DNA of 64,000 nt from Proteobacteria bacterium UBA2133 (GCA_002327725.1 DCXP01000006.1:19480-83479), one strand, 5' to 3'; counted from the stretch's first letter, positions 37,629-47,597 are shown. Notes: generated by a model from the sequence alone, not told the origin. Numbers and translations: made by a program.

Positions 37629-39191
37629 TCAGGTATCCGGACGCCGGTTAAGGCGAAGGATCACAGGGCTGCCAAGGAGCGACGTCAACCGCGTCAGTTG
37701 TGCCCATTGCTCCAGTTTCTGCAACAGCGCCGATGCTCCAAACCAGCGGTGCAGAAACATCGGCAGAAAGAACTGGGCAGAACGGGCAACGGCTTCGAAG
37801 CCGTGGAATGAAAACTGCGCAGCCAGTTTCCTGCCCGAAAAACTGTGGTAGGTCCGGGTATTATGCTCAATCAATTTCTTCAGTCCGAACAGCAAAGGCG
37901 TCAGGGCATTGAGGCTGTACCAGCTTGGGTAGTCGATGATCACCGTGCGGTCTGCGACCCGGCAGAACTCCGCGAAGAGGCGCTTGCGGTTCTCGATGTG
38001 CGAGATCAACCGCACCGATATCAGGCAATCGAAGCTCCTGTCGGCAAACGGCATCGCCAGAAGATTACCGGTGGTGAAAACAAAATTCGGATGCGCTGCA
38101 AAAGGCGTCAGTCGCTGCCGACAGCGCTCATCACTGGCCAGCACGGTAACCCGGTATCCCCCCCGTAAGAGCTGGCCGGTCAACTGCCCATGCCCGCCTC
38201 CTACATCAAGAACATGTTTGCCGACCGATGGGCTGAGCACCCTTGCCAGGGCATCGGCCTGGACTTGCAGCATATATGCGCCCACGGGCCCCGCGAAGCG
38301 CCTGGCATAGTCCTCGCTGGAGGTTTCTATGTCGGGAGTTTCCGTGGCACCGCCATCCCCACGGGACTTATCCCGCGGGGGCATGCCCGATGACTTCAGC
38401 CCTTGACGCTGTTTCACAAAGGTTTTGAGTCCCTGCAGTTGTCCGAAGCGCTCGGGTGACGGACCGTGCCCCTCCAGCGCCTCGCGGATATAGGCGCCTG
38501 GATGAGCGGCATCGATTGGGCCCGGCAGATAAACGCCGAAGGTACCGATGCGTTGTTCATCGCCCGGTATCGGAAGCGGGTCGCTGCCCGCGATCACTTT
38601 GCCCCCGAGACGCTCCACCCGGTCAAACAGATCCGGCCGCGGCCAGAAAAACGGTCGCGAACCGTTGTCGCTGAGTAACCACGCACCCGGGTCCTGATCC
38701 ACCGCTTCAGCCAGCAGCCGGCCGCGCCGGCCCAGCCACTTACCCACCCCCCAAGGCAATACCGCCAGCGCACCGGCTGCCCGTATATCGCCCAGGGTTT
38801 GCTGAAGGCTCCTGCCGTCTGCGAAGGCCTGGTCGGTCAGAAGCGCGGAGACTTCAACACGCTCGCGGGTCTCGACCTGCCTTCCGGCAATCACAAAGAT
38901 ACTGGCTTGATCTTCCCGCTGCAGCCGCACGGCGTGGGCTTCTTCGGTGGGAAAAACGCGCCAGCCACCGAGGCTTTCATTGGCCTCACCACACCTCAGG
39001 AGTGACAAAAAAAATTCATGGTCGGCGCTTTCGGTGAGGAGCAGAACCGAAGCGACTGTCTCATGCCCTGACCCTGCGGCCTGCGCAAGAAAATTGGCGT
39101 GAACGCCATCAAACAGGGTGGATGTGTCATGACAGGGATAAACGTGAACATGGCTGTCAACCATAACCACCGGGGCTGATGCTTTTTTCAT
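37629..39191 (-). CDS. Fusion: N-terminal PHP/amidohydrolase-like domain + C-terminal class I SAM methyltransferase
   Basis: VDSHVHVY (HxH), LLTES, AGSDP in the N-half; VLDVGGGHG motif I, LLAMPFADRSFD and RVADRTVIIDY in the C-half; low-complexity linker. Confidence 0.8.
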   Translation of the reverse strand: MKKASAPVVMVDSHVHVYPCHDTSTLFDGVHANFLAQAAGSGHETVASVLLLTESADHEFFLSLLRCGEANESLGGWRVFPTEEAHAVRLQREDQASIFVIAGRQVETRERVEVSALLTDQAFADGRSLQQTLGDIRAAGALAVLPWGVGKWLGRRGRLLAEAVDQDPGAWLLSDNGSRPFFWPRPDLFDRVERLGGKVIAGSDPLPIPGDEQRIGTFGVYLPGPIDAAHPGAYIREALEGHGPSPERFGQLQGLKTFVKQRQGLKSSGMPPRDKSRGDGGATETPDIETSSEDYARRFAGPVGAYMLQVQADALARVLSPSVGKHVLDVGGGHGQLTGQLLRGGYRVTVLASDERCRQRLTPFAAHPNFVFTTGNLLAMPFADRSFDCLISVRLISHIENRKRLFAEFCRVADRTVIIDYPSWYSLNALTPLLFGLKKLIEHNTRTYHSFSGRKLAAQFSFHGFEAVARSAQFFLPMFLHRWFGASALLQKLEQWAQLTRLTSLLGSPVILRLNRRPDT

Positions 39192-39406
39192 TCCGCCTTG
39201 GGAGAAACTAGAAGTCGCGACAAAGAGTCATGAGCAGAAGATCTGCTGGATGCCCGCGGCTGCCGGGAGCAATTGGGAATTCTCCAGCCGGCGGGCCCGA
39301 TCTATCGGGACAGGGTAATGGCATCGAGACATAATCACAACAAGCGCTGTTTCCGGACCGGGGTCAATCCCGAGGAGGCACCGGCCGTCAGGCGCTGCAT
39401 CGGGCG

Positions 39407-40978
39407 TCAGAAATCGGTGGGGGCGCCGCCCTCGCGCTTTCGCCGCTCGACAAAATCCTCCAGCGCTTCGCGGACACCTGCGTCCATGGGCGGTGTTTCA
39501 TACCGCGCCAGCATTTCTTTAAAGATTCTGTTGGCGCGCTGCGGGGTTGCAACAGCGCCCGCCTGCTCCCAGCTTTCGAAATTGCGCCAGTCAGAAAGAA
39601 AAGGGCTGTAGAACGCAGTCTTGTACCGTTCCTGGGTGTGATCGGCCCCAAGGAAATGACCTGAGGGACCGACGTCTCGAATGGCTTCCAGGGCAAGGTC
39701 TTCTTCAGTGACGCTGACGGGTTGATGGTAGTGGATGAACTGCTGGAGCATTTCGCAGTCAATCACGAGTTTCTCGAAACTCGCGCAGAGCCCGCCCTCC
39801 ATCCATCCCGCCGCGTGATAGATGATATTGGCGTTGGCGCTGGAGCACGCCCACAAAGATGAAGCGCTCTCCCAGGTGGCCTGCGCATCCACACAGTTGG
39901 TTGCATTGGCATTGGAAGCACGCCACGGCAATCCATAGTAACGCGCCATCTGGCCCGACATCTGCGTGGCGCGGCAGTATTCCGGGGTGCCAAACGCCGG
40001 CGCACCTGACTTCATGTCCACATTCGAAGTGAAAGAACCGTAGGCCACAGGTGCCCCCGGACGCACCAGCTGCAGCAGCACGATCGCTGCCAGACACTCC
40101 GCCGTCTGCTGGGCGATCGCTCCGGCAAGCGTAATCGGCGCCATGGCACCAGCCAGGGTAAACGGCGTCACGATCACCAGTTGATTCTGTTTCGCCAGTC
40201 GCATCGCGCCGTCGAGCATCGGCCAGTCATGCTTGAGCGGTGAGGACGAATTGATGTTGGTAAACATGCGGGGCGTCTCGGCAAAACCCGTTTCATCCAG
40301 CCCCGCTGCAATACGGACCATGACCATTGCATCCTCGATGCGCTCCACTCCCAGCGCATAGGCGTGAACGAGCTTGTCGGTCAGGGTGAGCATGTCAAAG
40401 AGACAATCAAGGTGGCGGATCGACGGGTGCAAATCCACCGGTTCCACCGGGTAACCGCCGTTAAAGTGGATGCAGTTGAAGCTCTGCGTTAGCCTCAGAA
40501 GGTTCTGGTAGTCAGCACGGTGGCCGACCCGCCGCCCATGATCCAGATCCGAGACATTCGGCGGGCTCGCGACCTGGCCAAAAGCCGCATAGGCCTCCCC
40601 GAACACCAGCGCGCGATCTTCGTTGCGGGGCGTCAGTACGATCCGCTTGGGCGCCCTGGCGATCTGCTCCATGACCAGCGCCCGGTCCATTCTGACCGTG
40701 ACGGAATCGGTTCGGACATCACATCCCGCCTGCTTGAGAATCTCCCGGGCCTCGTCATGCAGAAAATCAATGCCGATCTCCTCGAGAATCTGCATCGCCG
40801 CATCATGAACCCGCTCGACCCCCTCGGCATCCAGCGGCTCTGTCGGCGCATCGGCATATTGCGGCTGGCCCCACGGCAACTGCGGTAGATGGCCGGATGT
40901 GGGTGCATTGGTGCGATTCTTTCTCCGGCGGCGGGTACCGGACGGGGTGGCTGAAGACGGCTGATCTGATTCCATCAT
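39407..40978 (-). CDS. Trimethylamine methyltransferase (MttB) superfamily protein, non-pyrrolysine
   Basis: NINSSSPLKHDWPM, TPFTLAGAMAPITLAGA, SNVDMKSGAPAFGTPE, HAAGWMEGGLCASFEK; no internal amber codon. Confidence 0.93.
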   Translation of the reverse strand: MMESDQPSSATPSGTRRRRKNRTNAPTSGHLPQLPWGQPQYADAPTEPLDAEGVERVHDAAMQILEEIGIDFLHDEAREILKQAGCDVRTDSVTVRMDRALVMEQIARAPKRIVLTPRNEDRALVFGEAYAAFGQVASPPNVSDLDHGRRVGHRADYQNLLRLTQSFNCIHFNGGYPVEPVDLHPSIRHLDCLFDMLTLTDKLVHAYALGVERIEDAMVMVRIAAGLDETGFAETPRMFTNINSSSPLKHDWPMLDGAMRLAKQNQLVIVTPFTLAGAMAPITLAGAIAQQTAECLAAIVLLQLVRPGAPVAYGSFTSNVDMKSGAPAFGTPEYCRATQMSGQMARYYGLPWRASNANATNCVDAQATWESASSLWACSSANANIIYHAAGWMEGGLCASFEKLVIDCEMLQQFIHYHQPVSVTEEDLALEAIRDVGPSGHFLGADHTQERYKTAFYSPFLSDWRNFESWEQAGAVATPQRANRIFKEMLARYETPPMDAGVREALEDFVERRKREGGAPTDF

Positions 40979-41138
40979 TTAAGCACCTGTGACGCTGACG
41001 GGATGACTATCCACCTTAAAGCCACAGCCGAACAATACGCGCCGACGACACGGACCCTCGCATCCGGAGCTGGAGCGGCATTGGCAGATCCACAGCACCG
41101 CTCTTCACACCGCGGGTACTCAGTTCACTAAAAGACCA

Positions 41139-41669
41139 TTACTGCCGATGCTCGAGCAGCCGGGGCATCAGTTCAACCAGATTGCATGGGTGGGTACGAT
41201 AATCCAGTTGGTTGACCAGCAGTTTGTCCCAGGCGGTGGCACAGGCCCCGGAAGACCCCGGCAATGAGAACAGATAAGTGCCGTTGGCGACTCCTGCAAC
41301 GGCTCGCGATTGCAGCGATGAGGTTCCGATCTCCTCGAAGGATACCGCCCGGAAAATCTCGCCGAAGCCCTCCAGTTCTTTTTCCAGCAGCGGTTTGACC
41401 GCTTCCGGTGTACCGTCAAATCCGGTGACTCCCGTGCCGCCGGTCATGAGGATCACCTGAACATCAGGATCGGCGATCCAGCGCGAGACCACTGCGCGGA
41501 TTTGAAAGACGTTATCGGGCACGATCACTTTTTCGACAAGCTGGTGGCCGGCTTCCTGGAGCCGGCTGACCAGCAATTTGCCGGACTTGTCATCAGCTTC
41601 GGTGCGCGAATCCGAGGCCGTCATGACCGCGATCGGCACTGCTACAAATTCACGTGCTTGAGTCGACAT
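41139..41669 (-). CDS. moaB: Molybdenum cofactor biosynthesis protein B
   Basis: TASDSRTEADDKSG, TGGTGVTGFDGTPEA, FSLPGSSGAC, CNLVEL. Confidence 0.93.
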   Translation of the reverse strand: MSTQAREFVAVPIAVMTASDSRTEADDKSGKLLVSRLQEAGHQLVEKVIVPDNVFQIRAVVSRWIADPDVQVILMTGGTGVTGFDGTPEAVKPLLEKELEGFGEIFRAVSFEEIGTSSLQSRAVAGVANGTYLFSLPGSSGACATAWDKLLVNQLDYRTHPCNLVELMPRLLEHRQ

Positions 41670-41758
41670 TACCGTTACCATTGCTTGTGGCCTGCGTTTT
41701 CCCGGCCTATTATAGAACTGCACGAGACGCCTTTCGCCTTGAGATCAATCCCGTTCCC

Positions 41759-41989
41759 ATGACTATCAACGTTCGATTCTTTGCCAGCTTACGTGAGCGC
41801 ATCGGCCAGGCAACGATGACGCTTGACGCAGACGGTATCACCACGGCCCGCGATGTCTGGAAGGCCGTCAGCGGTGAGTCCCCCGACGAAGAGATGCTGG
41901 TCGCCATTAACAAGGAATACGCCGGCCTCGATCGTGCCGTTGCCGACGGTGATGAAGTGGCGTTTTTCCCGCCCGTGACCGGGGGCTGA
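41759..41989 (+). CDS. moaD: Molybdopterin synthase sulfur carrier
   Basis: VRFFASLRERIG; C-terminal VAFFPPVTGG. Confidence 0.95.
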   Translation: MTINVRFFASLRERIGQATMTLDADGITTARDVWKAVSGESPDEEMLVAINKEYAGLDRAVADGDEVAFFPPVTGG

Positions 41990-41996
41990 CCACCCA

Positions 41997-42431
41997 ATGA
42001 CCGTCGAGATTCGCGAGCACCCGTTTGATCCCTGGCAGACTGTCTCGGAGTATCGCTCAAATCATCTCGTTGCGGGCAAAAGCGGCGCCAGCGCGGTGTT
42101 TGTCGGCACCATGCGCGACTTCAATGAAGGAGACGAGGTTCAGGCGATGGTGCTCGAACACTATCCCGGCATGACCGAACAGCAGCTTAAGGACATGCGC
42201 GACCAGGCCGTATCCAAGCATGATCTGGAGGACGCGCTGGTGGTCCATCGCGTAGGCACCGTTCATCCCGGCGACGATATTGTGCTGGTGGCGGCTTTTT
42301 CTGCGCATCGAAAAGCGGCCCTTGATGCCTGCCGGGAAATGATGGAGGTTCTCAAGTCCACCGCTCCGTTCTGGAAAAAAGAGACCCTGGCCCAAGGAGA
42401 GCGTTGGGTTGAAAGAAATACCCCGCGCTGA
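41997..42431 (+). CDS. moaE: Molybdopterin synthase catalytic subunit
   Basis: FVGTMRD, LEHYPGMTE, VHRVG, SAHRKAA, LKSTAPFWKKE. Confidence 0.95.
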   Translation: MTVEIREHPFDPWQTVSEYRSNHLVAGKSGASAVFVGTMRDFNEGDEVQAMVLEHYPGMTEQQLKDMRDQAVSKHDLEDALVVHRVGTVHPGDDIVLVAAFSAHRKAALDACREMMEVLKSTAPFWKKETLAQGERWVERNTPR

Positions 42432-42454
42432 AAGTTCGGCTCCGGCCTCGTGAC

Positions 42455-43024
42455 CTAAGCCGGTCGCCTGGCGGCAATCCAGGATGCATTTTCTTTTGGG
42501 TCATCGCCATCAGAAAGTGTAAGCACATCCAGCATCGAAAAATGCTCGGCCAACTCTCCTGGCTGCAGCAGGTACAGCGGGTTGAAAGCCGGCGCCTTGT
42601 TGAGATGGTGCACATTGAACGTGCTGTAGAACAAAAGCCCTCCGGGGGCGAGTATTGCCGCCATCGGCCCCAGAAGATCTCGGTTCAGGTATAGAAAACA
42701 GCAGACCAGTGACCAGGGCCCGGCCGGCAAGTCGCCGATACCAAGGTCCGCCTCGATGGTGCTGATGCTGACGCCCTCGCGTTCTGCAAGTTTCTGGCCC
42801 AGGGCAAGACCCACCGCACTGCAGTCAACAGCCGTGACGTCAAAACCCTGGGTCGCAAGATACACCGCGGCATGGCAGGCACCCGCCGCCACATCGAGTG
42901 CAGTGCGCGGCTGGCTGAGTTGTGCGATGGTGTTCTTATACCGTTTAAGCAAAGGTTCCACGCGCAGCGCCGGGGCAAGACCTGCCGTGCGGTACTTGTC
43001 ATCCCAGCGCGAAGGGCCGCTCAC
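42455..43024 (-). CDS. Class I SAM-dependent methyltransferase (TehB-like)
   Basis: RWDDKY, ALDVAAGACHAAVYLA, VTAVDCS, LAPGGLLFY, YLLQPGEL. Confidence 0.88.
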   Translation of the reverse strand: MSGPSRWDDKYRTAGLAPALRVEPLLKRYKNTIAQLSQPRTALDVAAGACHAAVYLATQGFDVTAVDCSAVGLALGQKLAEREGVSISTIEADLGIGDLPAGPWSLVCCFLYLNRDLLGPMAAILAPGGLLFYSTFNVHHLNKAPAFNPLYLLQPGELAEHFSMLDVLTLSDGDDPKENASWIAARRPA

Positions 43025-43161
43025 CTCGCTTTGACCGCGTGCAAGATCTGGTTAAGCCATGCCCGTTCGGCGTGTCTGAGCGTATCGGCGATATCAGCCT
43101 TGGCGCGGACCGAGTCCGTTGTCCAGGCTTTGGGGTGATCCACCCTTACCCGGGTCAGCAT
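43021..43161 (-). CDS. Putative 46-aa small protein in the moaC-moeA operon
   Basis: ATG immediately follows the moeA TGA; its TGA overlaps the methyltransferase GTG; fills the whole 137-nt gap; GC-rich third positions. Confidence 0.55.
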   Translation of the reverse strand: MLTRVRVDHPKAWTTDSVRAKADIADTLRHAERAWLNQILHAVKAR

Positions 43162-44424
43162 TCAAACGAGGCCCGAGAAGGGCTCGACCATCACGGTATC
43201 CCCCGGCTGGGCCCCGACGCTGTCCATGGGCAGGATGACAAAACAATTGGCCTGGCTCATGGAACTTAAGATACCTGAGCCCTGCTCGCCGGTCGTCGAC
43301 ACCACCAGCGCGCCGGTTTCGTCCTGCGACAGCAACCCGCGCTGAAACTCGGTCCGCCCGGGGCGTTTTTTCAGGCGATCCAGAGCACGTGCCTGAAGGC
43401 GCAGCGGCTGCCACGTCGTCTCGCCGGACAGGCGCCTGAGTGCGGGCAGGACAAACTGATAAAAGGTCACCATGACCGAGACCGGGTTGCCCGGCAGGCC
43501 GAAAAAGAGGCTCTCGCCGATCCGCCCGAAGGACAGGGGCCGGCCCGGCTTCATCGCGATCTTCCAGAAACTGACCTGGCTGATCTCGTCCAGCACATCT
43601 TTGACGTAATCCGCATCACCGACCGACGCGCCGGCCGAGGTGATCACCACATCGGCGATATCGGCCGCCCGCAAAAAAGTGTTCTTGATCTGGTCGCGGT
43701 CATCCGACACCACGCCAAGATCATTGAAGACCGTACCGGCACGGCTCAGCATGCCGTACAGCGTGTAACGGTTGGAATCGTAAACATCCCCCAACTCCAG
43801 GGGCTGGCCGATCGAGCGCAGTTCGTCGCCGTTGGAAAAAAACGCTACCCGCGGGCGGCGCAGGACAGGCAGTTCGCCCACTCCCAGCGAGGCCACCATA
43901 CCGATGTCCGCGGCCAGCAGCCGCCGGCCCGAATACAGGGCCGTTGCGCCCTCAGCAAGATCCTCTCCTGCGTAACGAATGTGCTGACCTTGGCGCTGCC
44001 CATCGGCGACGCGAATCTCGTCACCGCGCCGCTCGACGTGCTCCTGCATCACCACGGTGTCAGCGCCTTCGGGCATTACCGCGCCCGTCATAATGCGCAC
44101 ACACTCGCCCGCGTTCACTGCACCCGCGAAGGCCTTTCCTGCCCAGGCGGTGCCGACAACCTGCAGCGGTGATGCGCTCAGGTCGGCGAAGCGCAGCGCA
44201 TAGCCGTCCATCGCCGAGTTGGTATGGTTGGGCACGGCAATGGGGGACTGGACATCGGCACCCAGCACCCGGTCGAGCGCTTCGCGCAGCGCCACCACTT
44301 CCACGTCACTGATTGGTGTGACTGCCTGTGAAATCCGCTCCAGCGCCGTGTCAACAGGCAGCAGCGCTGGATCGTATTCATCATCGCAGCTTGGCTGGCG
44401 GGAAACGGGTTCGGGGGTGCTCAT
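43162..44424 (-). CDS. moeA: Molybdopterin molybdotransferase
   Basis: [61 protein letters not shown]; ATG 44424 overlaps the moaC stop. Confidence 0.96.
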   Translation of the reverse strand: MSTPEPVSRQPSCDDEYDPALLPVDTALERISQAVTPISDVEVVALREALDRVLGADVQSPIAVPNHTNSAMDGYALRFADLSASPLQVVGTAWAGKAFAGAVNAGECVRIMTGAVMPEGADTVVMQEHVERRGDEIRVADGQRQGQHIRYAGEDLAEGATALYSGRRLLAADIGMVASLGVGELPVLRRPRVAFFSNGDELRSIGQPLELGDVYDSNRYTLYGMLSRAGTVFNDLGVVSDDRDQIKNTFLRAADIADVVITSAGASVGDADYVKDVLDEISQVSFWKIAMKPGRPLSFGRIGESLFFGLPGNPVSVMVTFYQFVLPALRRLSGETTWQPLRLQARALDRLKKRPGRTEFQRGLLSQDETGALVVSTTGEQGSGILSSMSQANCFVILPMDSVGAQPGDTVMVEPFSGLV

Positions 44425-44912
44425 GTCTGCCGTTTCCAGTCTCCCGATCGCCCGCCGGATTTCTCCAGTAACTGGATATCGGTAATCGTCATGCCGCGAT
44501 CGACCGCTTTGCACATGTCGTAAATCGTTAACAGCCCGGCATTCACGGCGGTCAGCGCCTCCATCTCCACACCGGTCCGCTCGCGTGTCTCGGTAACCAC
44601 GGTGCACAAGACGCATCGTTGATCGCTGTTGATTTCGAAGTCCACTTCTACCCGCGTCAAAAAGAGCGGGTGACACAGCGGAATGGTCTGAGCGGTTCGC
44701 TTCGCGGCCATGATCGCTGCAATCCGTGCCACCGCCAGAACGTCGCCCTTGACGTGGCCGCCCTTGGCAATGAGATCGAGCGTCGTCGGCTGCATCTCGA
44801 TACGCCCGTGCGCGACCGCGCGTCGGTCAGTAATCTCTTTACCGCCGACATCCACCATTCGAGCCTCGCCCTGATCGTTAAGATGCGTAAGAGTCTTGTC
44901 GCTGGTAGCCAA
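44421..44912 (-). CDS. moaC: Cyclic pyranopterin monophosphate synthase
   Basis: [53 protein letters not shown]; probable TTG start at 44912. Confidence 0.96.
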   Translation of the reverse strand: MATSDKTLTHLNDQGEARMVDVGGKEITDRRAVAHGRIEMQPTTLDLIAKGGHVKGDVLAVARIAAIMAAKRTAQTIPLCHPLFLTRVEVDFEINSDQRCVLCTVVTETRERTGVEMEALTAVNAGLLTIYDMCKAVDRGMTITDIQLLEKSGGRSGDWKRQT

Positions 44913-45041
44913 ACTGAAAGCACCGCCGGAAAATGTTGGGAATATTCTAGCGGTAATTGCTTCTCGCGGAAGGCCGGCAGCGCTGCGCGGCACCCCTCAC
45001 ATGCTACAATTTTGATCCGCCTCACGCTTTGATCGAGCATT

Positions 45042-45635
45042 ATGGTCAGCACTGCCTCCACCATGCAGGTACTGGGGTCCAAGGCTCCGGCCTTCACCCT
45101 GCCCAATACCCACCCAAGATCAGGGGGGGCAACCGTTTCGCTGTCAGACTACGCCGACAGCAAAGCGCTGCTGGTCGCTTTCATCTGCAACCACTGTCCT
45201 TACGTGATTCATATCCGCGATGCGTTTAATGCCTTTGCTCAGGAATACGCGCCGCGCGGGCTCACAACGATCGCGATCAGCGCCAACGACGCCGATACCC
45301 ACCCCGATGATGCGCCGGAAAAAATGGCCGAAGAAGCGGCCCGGCATGGTTTTGGCTTTCCCTACCTTTACGATGAAGACCAGGCCGTTGCCAAAGCCTA
45401 CCGCGCCGCCTGCACGCCGGATTTTTTCCTCTTCGATGAGCACCGCCAACTCGCATACCGGGGCCAGTTCGATGCCTCCCGCCCCAAGAACAGTGAACCG
45501 GTTACCGGAATCGATCTTCGAAACGCCGCTGATGCGGTGCTTGCCGGCAACGCCATTTCCGGCGAGCAGATACCGAGTATCGGTTGCAACATCAAGTGGA
45601 AAGCAGGGCGCGAGCCGGATTATTTTCCAACCTGA
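45042..45635 (+). CDS. Thioredoxin-fold peroxiredoxin-like protein (AhpC/TSA family)
   Basis: FICNHCPYV, YLYDEDQAVAKAYRAACTPDFF, YRGQFDASRP, SIGCNIKW. Confidence 0.9.
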   Translation: MVSTASTMQVLGSKAPAFTLPNTHPRSGGATVSLSDYADSKALLVAFICNHCPYVIHIRDAFNAFAQEYAPRGLTTIAISANDADTHPDDAPEKMAEEAARHGFGFPYLYDEDQAVAKAYRAACTPDFFLFDEHRQLAYRGQFDASRPKNSEPVTGIDLRNAADAVLAGNAISGEQIPSIGCNIKWKAGREPDYFPT

Positions 45636-45665
45636 CTCCGCACCAAAGGGCGCACGGTACACGCT

Positions 45666-46835
45666 GTGATCGGTGAGTCTGTTTTATTTTCCGTATTCCT
45701 GATTTTCACCGGGGCGGCGGTGCTGGCGACGGTCGCCCTTTTCGCCCGTCAGTCGCTGCTGGTCGCTTATATCGTGCTCGGCGTTCTCGCCGGGCCGTCC
45801 GTTGCGGGGCTTGTCACCGATCCATACCTGATTGCCGATCTTGCCCATATCGGCATCATCTTTCTGCTGTTCCTGCTTGGGCTCGACCTTTCACCGCGCA
45901 AACTCCTCGGCCAGATGCGCGAGGCGGTAGGGGTCACCCTGATCAGTTCGGTGATTTTTGCGCTTCTGGGTTATGCAGTGGCAGCGGCTGCGGGGCTTTC
46001 CCGAATCGACTGCCTGCTGGTTGGCATGGCCAGCACGCTTTCCAGCACGATTATCGGGCTGAAACTGCTGCCGACGACGGTACTGCACCACCGCCATACC
46101 GGGGAGGTCATCATCAGCATTCTCCTGCTGCAGGACCTGCTCGCTGTCGGCGCACTGCTGCTGCTCGACACCCTGGCGGTGGGATCGATACCCTGGCTTC
46201 GGGTTGGACTGGAGTTTGCCGGGCTCCCGATACTCTTCGTCGGGGGACTGCTGGCAGAGCGGCTGGTGCTGCGCCCGCTTTTTCGGCGTTTTGACAAAGT
46301 TAGCGAGTATGTTTTCCTGCTGTCGCTGGGCTGGTGCCTGGGCTTTGCGCAGTTGGCCCAGAGCCTCAGCCTCTCCTATGAGATCGGAGCTTTTATCGGC
46401 GGCATCACGCTGGCGAACAGCCCGATCGCGCTGTTTATCGCTGAAAGTCTTCGGCCGTTGCGCGACTTTTTCCTGGTGATGTTCTTTTTTGCGCTCGGCG
46501 CGGGTTTCGATGTTGCAGGCGCTGCTGTGATCTGGCCAGGTGCACTGGCCCTGGCCCTGGGGGTGCTCCTGATCAAACCCGTGACCTACCGTGCGCTCCT
46601 CAAGAAGTTCGGCGAGAGCAATGTCCTGGCCGGTGAGGCCGGTGTCAGGCTCGGCCAGATGAGCGAGTTTTCCTTACTGCTGGTTGCAGTCGCGCTTCAG
46701 GCGCAAGCCATGAGCCAGGAGGCCGCCAACCTCGTCCAGCTGGCGACACTGATCACCTTCGTGCTGTCGTCGGCGTTTGTCGTGCTGCGTTATCCCAGCC
46801 CCATCGCGCTCTCGGAACGCCTTCGGCGCGACTAG
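45666..46835 (+). CDS. Cation:proton antiporter (CPA2 family, no KTN domain)
   Basis: Polytopic 389 aa; IFLLFLLGLDLS, LSSTIIGLKLL, ILLLQDL, GQMSEFSLL. Confidence 0.9.
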   Translation: MIGESVLFSVFLIFTGAAVLATVALFARQSLLVAYIVLGVLAGPSVAGLVTDPYLIADLAHIGIIFLLFLLGLDLSPRKLLGQMREAVGVTLISSVIFALLGYAVAAAAGLSRIDCLLVGMASTLSSTIIGLKLLPTTVLHHRHTGEVIISILLLQDLLAVGALLLLDTLAVGSIPWLRVGLEFAGLPILFVGGLLAERLVLRPLFRRFDKVSEYVFLLSLGWCLGFAQLAQSLSLSYEIGAFIGGITLANSPIALFIAESLRPLRDFFLVMFFFALGAGFDVAGAAVIWPGALALALGVLLIKPVTYRALLKKFGESNVLAGEAGVRLGQMSEFSLLLVAVALQAQAMSQEAANLVQLATLITFVLSSAFVVLRYPSPIALSERLRRD

Positions 46836-46847
46836 CCGGTTCGACGC

Positions 46848-47597
46848 TCAAGCCTGCGGCTCCGACGAGGCCTGGTTCCTGACTTCACTGACAGCGGCGC
46901 TGAGGGCGGCTTCGTCAGCCAGATATTCGTGATCAACAACCTGTAACGCATCGTCCAGCCGGTAGACCAGGGGGATGCCGGTGGGGATGTTGTACTGCAT
47001 GATCTCATCCTCGCTCATGCCCTGGAGAAATTTCACCATCGCCCGCAGACTGTTGCCGTGCGCCACGACCAGCACCTTGCGGCCGGCCTCAAGTTCCGGC
47101 ACCAGCTGCTCATCCCACCAGTTGGTCACCCTCTCCAGGGTGTCTGCCAGGGACTCGGTGTCCGGCAGTCCCGCAATGCCTGCATATTTCGGATCGTGGG
47201 CCGGATGCTGCGGGTCACCTGCCTCAAGGGCCGGGGGACGAATGGCATAACCGCGGCGCCACTTGAGCACCTGCTCATCGCCATGCCGGAGCGCGGTTTC
47301 TTTCTTGTCCAGACCCTGCAGCGCACCATAATGCCGTTCGTTCAACCGCCAGTCCGTCTTTACCGGAAGATACATCTGGTCCATCTCCTCAAGGATCAGC
47401 CACAGCGTTCTGATCGATCGCTTGAGCAGCGAGGTCATGGCGAGATCAAACCGGTAACCCTTTGCCAGCAATGTCTGGCCGGCATCGCGTGCTTCGCGCA
47501 GACCCCTTTCAGATAGGTCCACATCGACCCAGCCGGTGAAACGGTTCTCCAGGTTCCAGGTGCTTTGGCCGTGGCGTACCAGAACCAGTTCTTTCAT
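46848..47597 (-). CDS. gpmA: 2,3-BPG-dependent phosphoglycerate mutase
   Basis: LVRHGQSTWNLENRFTGW, LNERHYGALQG, AHGNSLRA, NIPTGIP. Confidence 0.97.
   Translation of the reverse strand: MKELVLVRHGQSTWNLENRFTGWVDVDLSERGLREARDAGQTLLAKGYRFDLAMTSLLKRSIRTLWLILEEMDQMYLPVKTDWRLNERHYGALQGLDKKETALRHGDEQVLKWRRGYAIRPPALEAGDPQHPAHDPKYAGIAGLPDTESLADTLERVTNWWDEQLVPELEAGRKVLVVAHGNSLRAMVKFLQGMSEDEIMQYNIPTGIPLVYRLDDALQVVDHEYLADEAALSAAVSEVRNQASSEPQA

Noticed and set aside
39900-39960. Possible pyrrolysine site in the MttB homolog
   Set aside because: The ORF is uninterrupted; the equivalent region reads LPWRASNANATN with no TAG, and no pyl genes are present.
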